DNA of 41,141 nt. It comes from a virus. Below, one piece after another: positions 15,469 through 26,117 of the stretch. Both the position numbers and the translations under genes were made by a program. Within the stretch, counting starts at the first letter, position 1. Every line of letters starts with the position of its first letter. Below the pieces are notes generated by a model. It was not told the DNA's origin, did no database searches, and was given only the letters and a program-made list of their open reading frames with translations. The DNA is taken from IMG/VR virus record IMGVR_UViG_3300045988_104990, positions 1-41,141 of that record. One strand, written 5' to 3'.

Positions 15469-16101
15469 ATGAGCGAATATCTCGACAACATAGGCGCAGA
15501 AGAGCAGGAAGTCGCCGAACCTGCAGAAGAAGTTGTCACAGGCGAAGAAGAGCAGGAGGTCGCCGAACCTGCAGATAAGAGTGATGCCGCATTTGCGGAA
15601 ATGAGACGTGAAAACGAGCGGTTAAGACTTGAAAATGCACGCAAAGATAAAGCGTTAGGGTTTTACTTTGACGGAGACAACAAGGAAGTACAGGCAATAG
15701 CGCACGCTATGGGACAGGCTCCCGAAGATGTGCAGAAAGCACTTGATACTGACGCTGAGATTTCACAGTTAAGAGCAGACCTGCAAAAGGAAAGGGCAGA
15801 GAGGGCAATGGAAAAGGACCTTGCCGAAATTCAGAAGATTGATCCTAACGTCAAATCTCTTGACGACTTAGGAGAAGCTTACGCCAATTACATCAGAGCA
15901 GGCTTATCGGGAGTAGAGGCATACGCCGCCATAAAGGCAAAGGAAAACCTCAACACCGAAACGCCGCCTAAGACCATTGGCAACCTTTCAACAGAGCCTG
16001 CTAAAAAAGACTTTTTCACAAGTGAAGAAGTAGACAGAATGTCTCCTTCCGAACAACTTGCAAATCACGACGCCATTATGGCAAGTATGGCCAAATGGTA
16101 A
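15469..16101 (+). CDS. Scaffolding protein
   Basis: Acidic, coiled-coil-rich 210 aa between portal and capsid. DLAEIQKIDPNVKSLDDLGE is a typical scaffold motif. Confidence 0.7.
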   Translation: MSEYLDNIGAEEQEVAEPAEEVVTGEEEQEVAEPADKSDAAFAEMRRENERLRLENARKDKALGFYFDGDNKEVQAIAHAMGQAPEDVQKALDTDAEISQLRADLQKERAERAMEKDLAEIQKIDPNVKSLDDLGEAYANYIRAGLSGVEAYAAIKAKENLNTETPPKTIGNLSTEPAKKDFFTSEEVDRMSPSEQLANHDAIMASMAKW

Positions 16102-16118
16102 AAAGAAAGGAATAAAAA

Positions 16119-16955
16119 ATGAGCTTTAACAACTTCAAACCTCAGATATGGTCAAACGAGGTAACGACACAGCTTGAGAGAAAATGCGTTTTTGCAGGTC
16201 TTACAAACAGACAGTATGAGGGACAGGTAAAAGACGCAGGCGACAGCGTAAGAATACTTGGCGTTGCAAGACCTACAATCTCACAGGCAAACGAAACAAA
16301 CTTTACACTTGCAGATCCGGAAGAAGTACCAACTTCCGCTACAACTCTTAACATCAATCAGATTAGAACATTCAACTATATGGTTGGTGATATAGACCAG
16401 CAGCAGATGAAAGGCAATTTAAAGCCGGTATTATCCGGAGAGACCACAAATGCACTTGCAGAGGAAATCGACAGCTATATTGCAGGAATGGCGCTCACAA
16501 AGGAAGCTAAGCTGATGAACGCTTCAGCACTTAAAATTGAAACTACAAACATCTTAACAGAGCTTGATAAAGCTTGGCAGTACCTTGTAGAGAACAACGT
16601 TCCTACATCTGAGACTATCAACGTAGTAATGTCGCCTAGATTCTGGGTACTCTTAAAACAGAGAATCATCGACTTAGACACTGACAACTCTAAGTTAATC
16701 AAAACAGGACAGATGGCAAAATACTCAAACATGAACCTTATCATGTCAAATGCCGTTGCAACTACTAACAGTGGCGCTGTTGACAACATTATGGTTATGT
16801 CAGAAAAGGCGATTGCATATGTAAATCCGCTTACAAAGACAGAAGCCTACAGACCCGAAAAGAAAATGGCAGACGCTATTAAAGGATTCACTCTGTTTGA
16901 CGCAAAAATCGTTAGACCTAAAGAACTTATCGTAATGAACGTTAAGTACGCGTAG
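16119..16955 (+). CDS. Major capsid protein
   Basis: Position after the scaffold. N-terminal FKPQIWSNEV...AGDSVRI is a pattern typical of HK97-fold or P22-coat-like capsid proteins. A strong terminator lies downstream of the operon. Confidence 0.8.
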   Translation: MSFNNFKPQIWSNEVTTQLERKCVFAGLTNRQYEGQVKDAGDSVRILGVARPTISQANETNFTLADPEEVPTSATTLNINQIRTFNYMVGDIDQQQMKGNLKPVLSGETTNALAEEIDSYIAGMALTKEAKLMNASALKIETTNILTELDKAWQYLVENNVPTSETINVVMSPRFWVLLKQRIIDLDTDNSKLIKTGQMAKYSNMNLIMSNAVATTNSGAVDNIMVMSEKAIAYVNPLTKTEAYRPEKKMADAIKGFTLFDAKIVRPKELIVMNVKYA

Positions 16956-16969
16956 AAAGGAGATAGAAA

Positions 16970-17338
16970 ATGGCTAATACAAACGTGACACCTGTAAAGG
17001 TAAAAGACGTAAACACTATTTCTCCAAAACTGATAGACAACGCTGTAGCAGCAACGACTGACAGCTTTATTGTAGACGTTGCACAGTCAATGGACAAAAA
17101 GCTTGTATTCATTGCTGACAACTCAGCAAGCACATCTGCAGCCACAACAATCACAGTTAAGGCAGGAGCAAATGTGGCAGGCGTAAACGACCTTACTCTT
17201 TCCGTACCAAAAGGGGAAAAGGCATTTTTCCAGTTAGACAGCAACGCTTACATGAACGCAAGCGGCGTTAATAAAGGGAAAATCGTTATCGCAGTTAGTT
17301 CGGCAGACTGCAAACTGGCAGTAGCAGAGCTTCGATAG
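16970..17338 (+). CDS. Virion-associated protein (possible head decoration)
   Basis: 122-aa beta-rich Ala/Thr/Val sequence just after the capsid gene. Function is inferred from position only. Confidence 0.5.
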   Translation: MANTNVTPVKVKDVNTISPKLIDNAVAATTDSFIVDVAQSMDKKLVFIADNSASTSAATTITVKAGANVAGVNDLTLSVPKGEKAFFQLDSNAYMNASGVNKGKIVIAVSSADCKLAVAELR

Positions 17339-17344
17339 TTTAAT

Positions 17345-17376
17345 GAGGGCAGTTTAATACTGCCCTCTTATTTTGT
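17345..17376 (+). terminator. Rho-independent terminator after the capsid genes
   Basis: GAGGGCAG-tttaata-CTGCCCTC followed by TTATTTTGT. Confidence 0.8.
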
Positions 17377-17391
17377 ATAGGAGAAAGACCT

Positions 17392-17799
17392 ATGACGTGG
17401 TTAGAATTAAAAAACATAATCAAAACGCTTGGTTTTGAGGAAAATTCAATATTAACAGAATATCAGGAAATAATCATAAATGCCTGCAATCTCTCAGTAT
17501 CGACAATAAATGATATTGTAGTATCACGACTTCAAGGCTACTTCAAATCACAGGACAAGGATTGGGTTAAGCCGGAGATAACGCCGTTCACAGCGGAAAC
17601 TCCCGACGATTTTGAACTTGAAATGCCGAAACTGGTACACAAACTCGTACCGTACTTGGCGGCATATCATGTATGGCTTGACGATGACGAGCGAAAAGCA
17701 ATCTACTACTACAATATGTATCAGGATATGAAAGATGAACTGGTAGGCGAATACACAAGAGCAATGAAAGCAACGATTGTTGGAGGGTATGACATATGA
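17392..17799 (+). CDS. Head-tail adaptor/connector-like protein
   Basis: Size of 135 aa and position. Helical sequence. No firm motif. Confidence 0.45.
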   Translation: MTWLELKNIIKTLGFEENSILTEYQEIIINACNLSVSTINDIVVSRLQGYFKSQDKDWVKPEITPFTAETPDDFELEMPKLVHKLVPYLAAYHVWLDDDERKAIYYYNMYQDMKDELVGEYTRAMKATIVGGYDI

Positions 17800-19808
17800 G
17801 CAAAATGAATGTTCCTGCCGCTCCCACACTTTATCATACATACTATAAGGAATTAAAAGGGGCTGACTTTTCAAGGGACAGAACAGAAGTTGACAGAAGG
17901 AGATCACCCGACCTTTTAAATATGATTTCTGATAACGGCGGAAACCCAATTAAAAGGCTAGGTTGGCGAAAAGTCGCAGACACATCGGGAGAGAAGATAG
18001 TAGACATATTCCATACAGGCGGCTCTTTTTATGTAATCACATCGTCGCACCTGTTTAAGTTTAATGAATCGTGGGTAAAAGATGACACATTCACGATAAC
18101 CCACACATCAACAAACCCAAAAGGCTTTGTGTTCGGCGGAAACATATACTTTTTCTTAGGCACAAAGATAATTTACATAGACACTTCAGACACATCACAC
18201 ACAATAGCAGACCTTACAGGTCAATATCCTGCAGGCGAAGCAAAGATACCGAGAGTATCAATATCAAGAAGTCCCGCAGGAAAAGACGGCACATTACTGG
18301 AAGATGTCAATATGCTTACTCCTTGGCAGTGTAACACATTCTTAGGCGACAGTACATCAAAGGACTATATCTTATCGTCTAAGAAGATATTAAGCGGTGC
18401 AGAGTATATAAAGGTCTATGTAATGGATTCAAGCGGCGAATTTCAGTTAAAGACCTATGGTACAGACTACACACTTCCTGCAGCTGTAGAAACCACAGGC
18501 AAGGGTGTAAACGGAGCAAGTTATACATTCAATGTGTGCGACGGAAAAATCACTTTCAAAGAAGCACATGCACCTGTAGTCACAGGACAGGATAATGTCA
18601 AAGTAGAGTTCATATCCTTTGACGAAAAAAACGGACTTTATAAGGACAGGAAAGGTATAACAAACCCATACGATGTTGTAACATACGGCTATTCAAAAGA
18701 GGATAGAGTATTCATCGTTTCATCGTCAGAGCGAAACAAGATATTCTACTCAGAGGTTGAAAGCGTGGCATACTTCCCTGACCTCAATTACCTCACTGTA
18801 GGTAATGTTACTGCTGACATAGTAGGCTTTGCACGAATGAGTTCATACCTTGCAGTAATCAAAGAGGAAGTTTCAACAGATTCAACAGTCTTTCTGATAA
18901 GCGGCACAACAGTAGAGAATCTTACAGCGTTTCAGTGTACCCCTGCAAAAGCGGGTGTCGGCGGAATTGCTCAAAAGTCCATTGCAATGCTAGGTGACGA
19001 GCCGCTGTTTTTATCTCAGACAGGAGTTTACGGCATATCCAACTACTATGTATCAAGTGAATACATAGTACGAAACAGGTCATACCTGCTTGATAAGAAA
19101 CTGTTAAAAGAGCCAAACCTTGATAAAGCAGTGGCGGTACAGTGGAACAGATACTATATTCTGTGCGTCAATTCACACTGTTATGTGCTAGACGGACGGA
19201 ACAAGGCAAACGACAAGAACAACAACACAGACTTCTTGTATGAGGGTTATTACTGGGAAGATGTCCCTGCAGTATGCTTTGCCAATATCGGAAACGAGCT
19301 GTTCTTTGGCACATCTGACGGGCGTATATGCAAGTTTAACTCAGACGTACCAAACATCACAGCGTACTGCGACAACGGCACAGCAACAATAGGTGACGCA
19401 GGAGAAATACTGCTTACAGACGGCAAAGCAATTAAATGTGTGTGGTCTACTCCGCTTGATGATGACAACTACCCACAATACTTTAAAACGCTAAATAAAA
19501 AAGGCACACTGCTTACCCTTATGCCTTATGACAGAACAAGTGTTAAGGTACGGATAATTAAAGACGGAATAGAAGCCGCAGCACTCGAAACGGAAACATT
19601 TGATATATTCAACTGGACCTTAATCGACTTCTCACGATTTACCTTTAACGGCAATACGACAGCACAAAACGACTACTTCAACAAGAAAATCAAGAAGTAT
19701 GTCAGACTTCAGATAATACTTGAAAACGAGGGTATATATGAGCCTTTCGGAATACTCGGTATAACAAAGACCTACAGCGTAGGTAATTTCTCAAAGAACA
19801 GGAGATAG
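17796..19808 (+). CDS. Large tail structural protein (hub/nozzle-type candidate)
   Basis: 670 aa, beta-rich, ATGA-coupled to the adaptor gene. Function is inferred from position. Confidence 0.45.
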   Translation: MSKMNVPAAPTLYHTYYKELKGADFSRDRTEVDRRRSPDLLNMISDNGGNPIKRLGWRKVADTSGEKIVDIFHTGGSFYVITSSHLFKFNESWVKDDTFTITHTSTNPKGFVFGGNIYFFLGTKIIYIDTSDTSHTIADLTGQYPAGEAKIPRVSISRSPAGKDGTLLEDVNMLTPWQCNTFLGDSTSKDYILSSKKILSGAEYIKVYVMDSSGEFQLKTYGTDYTLPAAVETTGKGVNGASYTFNVCDGKITFKEAHAPVVTGQDNVKVEFISFDEKNGLYKDRKGITNPYDVVTYGYSKEDRVFIVSSSERNKIFYSEVESVAYFPDLNYLTVGNVTADIVGFARMSSYLAVIKEEVSTDSTVFLISGTTVENLTAFQCTPAKAGVGGIAQKSIAMLGDEPLFLSQTGVYGISNYYVSSEYIVRNRSYLLDKKLLKEPNLDKAVAVQWNRYYILCVNSHCYVLDGRNKANDKNNNTDFLYEGYYWEDVPAVCFANIGNELFFGTSDGRICKFNSDVPNITAYCDNGTATIGDAGEILLTDGKAIKCVWSTPLDDDNYPQYFKTLNKKGTLLTLMPYDRTSVKVRIIKDGIEAAALETETFDIFNWTLIDFSRFTFNGNTTAQNDYFNKKIKKYVRLQIILENEGIYEPFGILGITKTYSVGNFSKNRR

Positions 19809-19811
19809 AAA

Positions 19812-21176
19812 ATGGCGTTATTAAATGCAAAGATACTGGAAACAGAACGAAATGCTGTTTATGTCAAATCTGTACCCGGTGAAAGACTGACAGGAAATGT
19901 TCAGCAGAACAAAGATGTATTTGATAAGTTCCCACAGCTCATTATGGGTAAATATAATGACCTTGTGGACCTTCTCATATCTCTTAATCTTGACAACATA
20001 ACAACAGACTTATCGGACAGATACACAAAGACAGAAGCAGACGCAAAAATAACAGAGGAAACCAACAGCCTTGTGGCTAATGTAACGATTAACACCGACA
20101 CAGGAGTAATCACCATTACAAAGAAAGATGGAACATCTCAATCTGTAGATACTGCACTTGAGAAAGTTCCTGCAACATTTGAATTTGTAGAGGATACAGA
20201 AAACGATAAATACTACTTAAAGATAACAAATGTTGACGGCTCTACATCACAGACAGAAGTAACAAATCTGATGAACCAGTTTACATTTACTTCGGGTGAT
20301 ATTGTTACATTCTCACAGAACACAAACGGCACGACAACGACAATTACAGCCTCAATTAAGGCAGGCTCTATTGGTTTTAACGAATTAAAAAGCGAAGTCA
20401 AGGCTTATATTGACACTAAGGCGGCTGATATTTCAGCAGACAAGGAAATAGTCCTTGCCGCTAAAACAGAGGTTCTTAATGCTTCTCAGAGCGTCACAGC
20501 CAACACTACAATTGTACTTAATGCTAAAGACGACGCTACGGCACAGGCTAACAAAGCCAAATCATACGCTGTCGGTGGCACAGGCACAAGAGAGGGCGAA
20601 GATACTGATAACGCACAGTACTATTCAAATCAGGCTAATTTAAGAGCTAATGATGCTCACAATTCGGCTGTAGCTGCAGAAGAAGCCAAAAACAAAGCAC
20701 AGGAAATCGTAGGCGGCGATTTCCTTACTAAGACAGGTGACGGAAGCAATCTGACTGCGGCTTTTACTGAAGCAGCTTCAAGAACAAACATTGCAACAGG
20801 TGAAAAGCTTTCTGTGCTTTTCGGCAAGATAAAAAAGTTCTTCGCTGACTTAAAAACAGTAGCATTTACAGGCAGTTATACTGACCTGAGCAATAAACCG
20901 ACAATACCTGAAAAGAATAAAGTTTTAACTGGCTCACTTACTGTCGCAGGGTGGACTGCTGAAACAGGCGGTTTCAAGCAGACTTTAACTATATCGGGAC
21001 TTGCTACAAGCGGATACACCTATACAGTTTACCCTAATTCCGCACAGTATAAAGTATGGACAGAAGCAGGGATATACGCAGATGATGTTTCAACAGCTAA
21101 TCAGATAACATTCCATTGCACCGAAAAGCCTACAGTTGCAGTTACAGTAAACATCAAGAAAGAGCAGGTGGGATAA
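19812..21176 (+). CDS. Tail fibre/spike protein
   Basis: 454 aa. The N-terminal LTGNVQQNKDVFDKFPQLI motif is seen in Gram-positive phage fibre proteins. The middle is Thr/Ala-rich and repetitive. Confidence 0.5.
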   Translation: MALLNAKILETERNAVYVKSVPGERLTGNVQQNKDVFDKFPQLIMGKYNDLVDLLISLNLDNITTDLSDRYTKTEADAKITEETNSLVANVTINTDTGVITITKKDGTSQSVDTALEKVPATFEFVEDTENDKYYLKITNVDGSTSQTEVTNLMNQFTFTSGDIVTFSQNTNGTTTTITASIKAGSIGFNELKSEVKAYIDTKAADISADKEIVLAAKTEVLNASQSVTANTTIVLNAKDDATAQANKAKSYAVGGTGTREGEDTDNAQYYSNQANLRANDAHNSAVAAEEAKNKAQEIVGGDFLTKTGDGSNLTAAFTEAASRTNIATGEKLSVLFGKIKKFFADLKTVAFTGSYTDLSNKPTIPEKNKVLTGSLTVAGWTAETGGFKQTLTISGLATSGYTYTVYPNSAQYKVWTEAGIYADDVSTANQITFHCTEKPTVAVTVNIKKEQVG

Positions 21177-22333
21177 TGGGTAATGTAATCAATATGATAG
21201 GCGGCGGCGAAAATGTCAATGCCGAAGTCGCTACGCAAAAAACAGATATTGAACTGCTTGCAAAACAGATAGCTTCTGTACAGCTAGACTTCAACAGTAC
21301 ATATGTATGGGGTAAATATACAGCTTCGGGCGGTGATTTACTTGATTATGTGTACTCTACGGATAGTTCAGCGTATCCCGATGGCGGTACACAAGGCGGT
21401 TACTACTATAAGATTGCAAGACCAGTATTGACTGGCATATCAATAACTACACAGCCTAATATAACAACATATGCTGTGGGCGGTAGCTTTGACAGCACAG
21501 GTATGGTAGTTACAGCAACATATGATACAGGAAAAACTAAGGAAGTTACAGGGTTTACATTCTCACCGCAAACATTCAGTTCGGCAGGAACTAAGACAGT
21601 AACAATATCCTATACAGAAAACGGTGTTACAAAGACTGCGACACTAAGCGTAACTGTAATACAGGTTGGTGCTTTTGCTACATCAACTTGGGCGGAGATA
21701 AAAGCCGCAGTACAGGCAGGAATAGGCGGTTTAGATTTATCTGAACATTGGGCTGTAGGCGATACAAAATCAGTAACACTTACAACAAATGAATCCATAG
21801 AATTACAGATTGCAGGATTTAATCACGATACATATTCAGACGGCGTAACTGCGCCAGTAACCTTTGTAATGAAGAATTGTTTAAATACAGCATCTGCAAT
21901 GAACAATTTCGATGATAACACAGGCGGCTATCCCGCAAGTGCAATGAAAACATATGTAGAAACAAACATCTACAACAAACTGCCTAGCGATTTGAAAGCC
22001 ATAGTAGCACCTGTTAAAAAGAAATGCTATACAACATACAATCAAGCAAGCTCACTCAGCGAAGCAAACTATAATGTATGGCTACTGGCAGAAGCAGAAG
22101 TATTTGATAGTGCTTATTATACAGTAGGCAGTGGCGAGGGTACGAAGTATCCGATATTCACAGACGATGCAAGCAGAGTTAAAAAAACAGGCAATCTTGG
22201 CTACAACTGGTGGTTGCGTTCGGCTTATTCGAGCCATTCGAATCGCTTTGTTAACGTCCTTTCGAGTGGTGCCGTCTACTTCACCTATGCGTCGAGTGTT
22301 ATTGGTGTAGTAGTCGGCTTATGTGTAAGATAA
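21176..22333 (+). CDS. Receptor-binding/fibre protein with bacterial Ig-like domain and DUF6273-like C-terminal domain
   Basis: TAATG overlap start. Big-like segment ITTQPNITTYAVGGSFDSTGMVVTATYDTGKTKEVTGFTFSP...GTKTVTISY. Also WAVGDTK, IAGFNHD, and WWLRSAYS as in DUF6273. Confidence 0.6.
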   Translation: MGNVINMIGGGENVNAEVATQKTDIELLAKQIASVQLDFNSTYVWGKYTASGGDLLDYVYSTDSSAYPDGGTQGGYYYKIARPVLTGISITTQPNITTYAVGGSFDSTGMVVTATYDTGKTKEVTGFTFSPQTFSSAGTKTVTISYTENGVTKTATLSVTVIQVGAFATSTWAEIKAAVQAGIGGLDLSEHWAVGDTKSVTLTTNESIELQIAGFNHDTYSDGVTAPVTFVMKNCLNTASAMNNFDDNTGGYPASAMKTYVETNIYNKLPSDLKAIVAPVKKKCYTTYNQASSLSEANYNVWLLAEAEVFDSAYYTVGSGEGTKYPIFTDDASRVKKTGNLGYNWWLRSAYSSHSNRFVNVLSSGAVYFTYASSVIGVVVGLCVR

Positions 22334-22343
22334 GGAGGTAATT

Positions 22344-22769
22344 ATGAGCAATAAAAAAATACTACAAGGTCATAATAAAGCCTTAGAGAGTTTAGCTACT
22401 ATAGCAGGAATACAGATAAAAGAAAAAATAAACCCCGAATTGTTCGGTTGTACCAAATTTGAAAAAGGGACGTTTACACCCTCCTCAGCGGTGACAAGTG
22501 CAACGATAAACCATTCCTTAGATGTGAAGCCTAAAATTTCTATAGTTAGGGCAAAAGGTAATCCTACAGATACAACACTTATGGCAATCACTGAATATTC
22601 GTTAACAACAGCAGGCAGAGGGGCAAAAATATTAGAGTTAACAGACGGCGACGTAATTGGTAATCTAGTTCCAAGCGGTCTTATAAGTAGCACAACACAG
22701 GTTTCGTTTGTAACAAATAACTGGGGTTTTAAGCAAGGTGTAGAATATGAGTACATATTAATGGCATAA
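22344..22769 (+). CDS. Hypothetical tail-associated protein
   Basis: GGAGG RBS, 141 aa. Confidence 0.55.
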   Translation: MSNKKILQGHNKALESLATIAGIQIKEKINPELFGCTKFEKGTFTPSSAVTSATINHSLDVKPKISIVRAKGNPTDTTLMAITEYSLTTAGRGAKILELTDGDVIGNLVPSGLISSTTQVSFVTNNWGFKQGVEYEYILMA

Positions 22770-22782
22770 GAAAGGAGTAGCT

Positions 22783-23148
22783 ATGTATTACAAACAAGTA
22801 GAAAACAATATAATACTGTCAATAGGAACTTTAGAAGTCGCTAATGACAGCCTAACTGAAATAACAGAAACAGAATACAATAACCTCTTAGCCATTATGA
22901 AAAAAGCACCGCAAGACGGAGCAGAGTATGGCTATCACTTATCAGCAGAAACACTACAGTATGAGTTTTATGTCAAGCCAAGAGAAGAAGCTGTTGACTG
23001 GTATGTAGGTAAAATTCTGAATGAAGAAATGACTATTAACGATGTTCCCGAAACATACAAAGAAGAAGTAAAAGCTAAGTTACCAGAGCAGACATATACT
23101 CTTGATGAAGCGGCAACAATCATTGCGCAGGAGGTGAGTGCAGAATGA
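22783..23148 (+). CDS. Hypothetical tail-associated protein
   Basis: AGGAG RBS, 121 aa. Confidence 0.55.
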   Translation: MYYKQVENNIILSIGTLEVANDSLTEITETEYNNLLAIMKKAPQDGAEYGYHLSAETLQYEFYVKPREEAVDWYVGKILNEEMTINDVPETYKEEVKAKLPEQTYTLDEAATIIAQEVSAE

Positions 23149-23564
23149 AACACACAGACTTAGTAGCCTTTATGAGGGCGGCAAGACTTACTGTAGATGA
23201 TGAAACAGCCTTAACAGGTAAAGAACTCTATCCTGTATGGGCAGAAAATATATCAGTATCAGTAAACGATAGATACCAGTACAACGACAAATTGTACAAA
23301 TGCGTACAGGCTCATACCACGCAAGCAGATTGGACGCCCGATGTTACCCCTGCACTATGGGCTGTAATTGACGTAACTCACGCAGGAACTATAGAAGATC
23401 CTATTCCTGCAAGCAGAGGTATGGAATATGTCAAAGGGTTGTACTATATCGAAAACAATGTAATCTATCTGATGAATAGACAGGGTATGCAGGACGGCGA
23501 AAGCGTTGTATTACAGTATATGCCGAGCGAGTTAGTCGGGCAGTATTTTGAAATTGTCGGATAA
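23145..23564 (+). CDS. Protein with CBM5/12-type (chitin-binding type 3-like) carbohydrate-binding motif
   Basis: YQYNDKLYKCVQAHTTQADWTPDVTPALWAVI fits the Y-x-G-x-Y-x-C-x-Q-x-H-x(4)-W-x-P-x(4)-LW pattern. Confidence 0.6.
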   Translation: MKHTDLVAFMRAARLTVDDETALTGKELYPVWAENISVSVNDRYQYNDKLYKCVQAHTTQADWTPDVTPALWAVIDVTHAGTIEDPIPASRGMEYVKGLYYIENNVIYLMNRQGMQDGESVVLQYMPSELVGQYFEIVG

Positions 23565-23617
23565 TGTGACACACTGCCACACCCACAAATGCTATACTTA
23601 AATCGGGAGGTGGCACT

Positions 23618-23773
23618 ATGAGTAACGCAGAAAAATTCGGACAAATACTCAGAGAGGGTATGGCAGAGCAAGACAGAAAAGACGCATACAAAGTATTAGA
23701 GATGTTGTGGGAGTACGACAGGCTCCCGAAATGGAAAAAGATAATTTACAGAATAAAACGCAGGCTTAAATAG
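23618..23773 (+). CDS. 51-aa basic protein (not in ORF track)
   Basis: GGAGG RBS. Hand translation gives MSNAEKFGQILREGMAEQDRKDAYKVLEMLWEYDRLPKWKKIIYRIKRRLK. Confidence 0.4.
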   Translation: MSNAEKFGQILREGMAEQDRKDAYKVLEMLWEYDRLPKWKKIIYRIKRRLK

Positions 23774-23786
23774 TCTGCGTTTTAAC
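23755..23786 (+). terminator. Hairpin AAAACGCAG-n11-CTGCGTTTT
   Basis: 9-bp stem ending in a T-run. It overlaps the stop of the 51-aa ORF. Confidence 0.5.
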
Positions 23787-23801
23787 TTGAAAGGACTTGT
23801 T

Positions 23802-24776
23802 ATGGCGAAAAACAAAATAAAAAACGCGTTGGCAGGCACCATTAATACTGTGAGTGGTGGCAGCAAAGCCGCAGCCGCAGTAGCAGGAGCGAAAAATTCA
23901 TTGATGAAAGCGGCAAACAACGCCAAAAACGCATATCAAGAAGCACAAGGCAGAGCGGCTTCGCAACAGGCACGATTGGCAGATGAACGAGAGCAACAGC
24001 GACAGCAGGAAGAGCGAGAAAGGCAAATGCAGGAGTTTTTAAACAACTACGCACCGTCTGTAGACTTTATGGGCGTCTACAACGACTATGCAAACAGAAT
24101 GGGGAATATCCTGCAACAGCAGAAAGACGCACTAAGTCAGCAGACAACCTCAAAGGCAAGAAGTGCGTATGTCGCTAACGAGCAGAGCAAAGCCGAGATA
24201 CCAAGACTTTTATCAAACGCAGGGCTAAGCGGCGGAATTGCAGAAAAGGTAAGAGGAAACCAAGACACCTCATATCAGCAGAATATCGCAAACATACTAA
24301 GCGAGAACGCAACGCAGGGAGCACAGCTTGAAAGAAACAACGCAAATCTTATCAGTGAAGCATACAAGGAAGCAATGAGCAATCAACAGGCTGTAGACAA
24401 CGAGAGAGCACTTGCAGCACAGCAGTATGCAAACCAGTTAGCACTGCAGCAACAGCAGCAGGAATACGCTAGACAGCAGGCGGAACAGGAAGCAGCCGAT
24501 TCAATAGCTTCTGCGTCACTTGGCAGGGTAAGCGGTGACATTTACAAGAAGAAAAACGGCAAAAAGGTGCTTTCAAGTTCGCAGGCTAATCAGATTGCTT
24601 CAATTTACAATACTGCAAAGTCAAGCGGAGCTTCACAGTCAACACTCAATCAGCTAGAATCTGCAATGACGGAAGCGGCAACACAGCGTTGGAATGAGAA
24701 GTACGGCTCAAAGAAAAATCCGTCAATATCATATCAAGCATACATCAAGAAATATGTTACTGACAGAATTTCGTAG
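23802..24776 (+). CDS. Gln/Ala-rich internal virion (ejection-type) protein candidate
   Basis: Low-complexity Q/A/N-rich helical protein. First of three consecutive genes after the fibre genes. Confidence 0.5.
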   Translation: MAKNKIKNALAGTINTVSGGSKAAAAVAGAKNSLMKAANNAKNAYQEAQGRAASQQARLADEREQQRQQEERERQMQEFLNNYAPSVDFMGVYNDYANRMGNILQQQKDALSQQTTSKARSAYVANEQSKAEIPRLLSNAGLSGGIAEKVRGNQDTSYQQNIANILSENATQGAQLERNNANLISEAYKEAMSNQQAVDNERALAAQQYANQLALQQQQQEYARQQAEQEAADSIASASLGRVSGDIYKKKNGKKVLSSSQANQIASIYNTAKSSGASQSTLNQLESAMTEAATQRWNEKYGSKKNPSISYQAYIKKYVTDRIS

Positions 24777-24788
24777 AAAGGACAAGCT

Positions 24789-26108
24789 ATGAGCAGTAAA
24801 AAAAACGTGATACAAGACGCTTATAAATCAGGTCTATCGAACCTCTCAGGCAGCGGAGCGCTTAAAGGGTTAGGGCTTGCAAGTCTTGTAACAAAGGCTA
24901 AAAGTCCTACAGACTTAACAAAATACTTAATGACAGGGGCAAACCTGCTTAATACGGTGGGCAAAGTGAGAACTGCAATGGACAAGGCAAATAATGCAAG
25001 CAGTAAGACAAGCGCCGCAGGGGTTACCAACCCTACTGAGATACCAACAACGGTTTACCCGACAGTCACACCAAGAGCCAACTACTCAGATATGTATAGC
25101 GCATATGAGCAAGCGATGAACGCAAGGGCAAACGCCTACAACGCACAGAGCAACGCTGAAGCGGCGGATATTGCACGACAGCTACAGATTATCGGAAATC
25201 AGAATAAAAACGCTCTATATGGCACTCAAGGCGTGAGAGGGCAAGATGTTTCTGAAACCTCACTTCTGCAAAACGAAATGTCAACAGGAACAACTCAAAG
25301 CGGTGTAAGGTCTGCTTATGATACAGCTATGAGAGAAGTCGGAATGTCAAAAGACCAAAACCTTGCAGAAACAGACAGGCTAATGGGTAATCAGCAGGTC
25401 AACTACGAAAACCAAAGGCAAGAGCTTGCAAACCAGTACCTAAGAGATGTTGACGACTTCAACAGGCAGAAAGAATACAACGCAGAATTAAAAGCCATAT
25501 CGGACAAAGCCAACGACACAATCTACAAACAGCAGGCATTTGAGGACTTTGGTACAGACTACTCTACTGTAAAGGCTTACAACAAGGCAATATCCAAGCT
25601 GAAAAGGGATAAAACCCCAAGCAACGACTGGAAGATTAACTACCTTAGAGAAAAACGAGACGCACTTCAGAAAGAAGTTGACAAACAGAAACTTGCGGCA
25701 CAGAAAAACGCATACAGCAAATCTCTCACCAAGTACAAATCAACAGACCAAATCGACAGAGCTATTGCCAAGATCCTGTCAGACGGAAACACAAGCAATG
25801 ACTGGAAGCTGCCATATCTGAACAAATACCGCACAATCCTCAACAGGCAGGAAGTAGCAGCAAGGAAAGCGGCAAAAGCGGCTAAGAAAGGCAGAAGCAA
25901 AAGCAAAGGCGGCGGCGGTGGCAAGAGCAGCAGCAAAAGCAACAATAACAATAATAACAACAATAATAATAATGGCAACAACAAGAAGAAAAAGAAAGAT
26001 AAATATGCGGGAGTTTCATTAGACAGCTCAAATAAATTCAATGTAAATTACTTTAACACTCCGGCAAACTTCGAGGAAATCAACAGAGCCTTAAAGAAAA
26101 TAAAGTAG
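24789..26108 (+). CDS. Asn/Gln-rich internal virion protein candidate with poly-Asn/Lys tail
   Basis: 439 aa. Run NNNNNNNNNNNGNNKKKKK encoded at about 25941-26000. Confidence 0.5.
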   Translation: MSSKKNVIQDAYKSGLSNLSGSGALKGLGLASLVTKAKSPTDLTKYLMTGANLLNTVGKVRTAMDKANNASSKTSAAGVTNPTEIPTTVYPTVTPRANYSDMYSAYEQAMNARANAYNAQSNAEAADIARQLQIIGNQNKNALYGTQGVRGQDVSETSLLQNEMSTGTTQSGVRSAYDTAMREVGMSKDQNLAETDRLMGNQQVNYENQRQELANQYLRDVDDFNRQKEYNAELKAISDKANDTIYKQQAFEDFGTDYSTVKAYNKAISKLKRDKTPSNDWKINYLREKRDALQKEVDKQKLAAQKNAYSKSLTKYKSTDQIDRAIAKILSDGNTSNDWKLPYLNKYRTILNRQEVAARKAAKAAKKGRSKSKGGGGGKSSSKSNNNNNNNNNNNGNNKKKKKDKYAGVSLDSSNKFNVNYFNTPANFEEINRALKKIK

Positions 26109-26117
26109 GTGACTTAT

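Noticed and set aside
25667-26041. 124-aa minus-strand ORF with a poly-Leu run
   Set aside because: This is a reverse-complement artefact of the AAC/AAT/AAG (poly-Asn/Lys) tract in the + strand gene 24789-26108.
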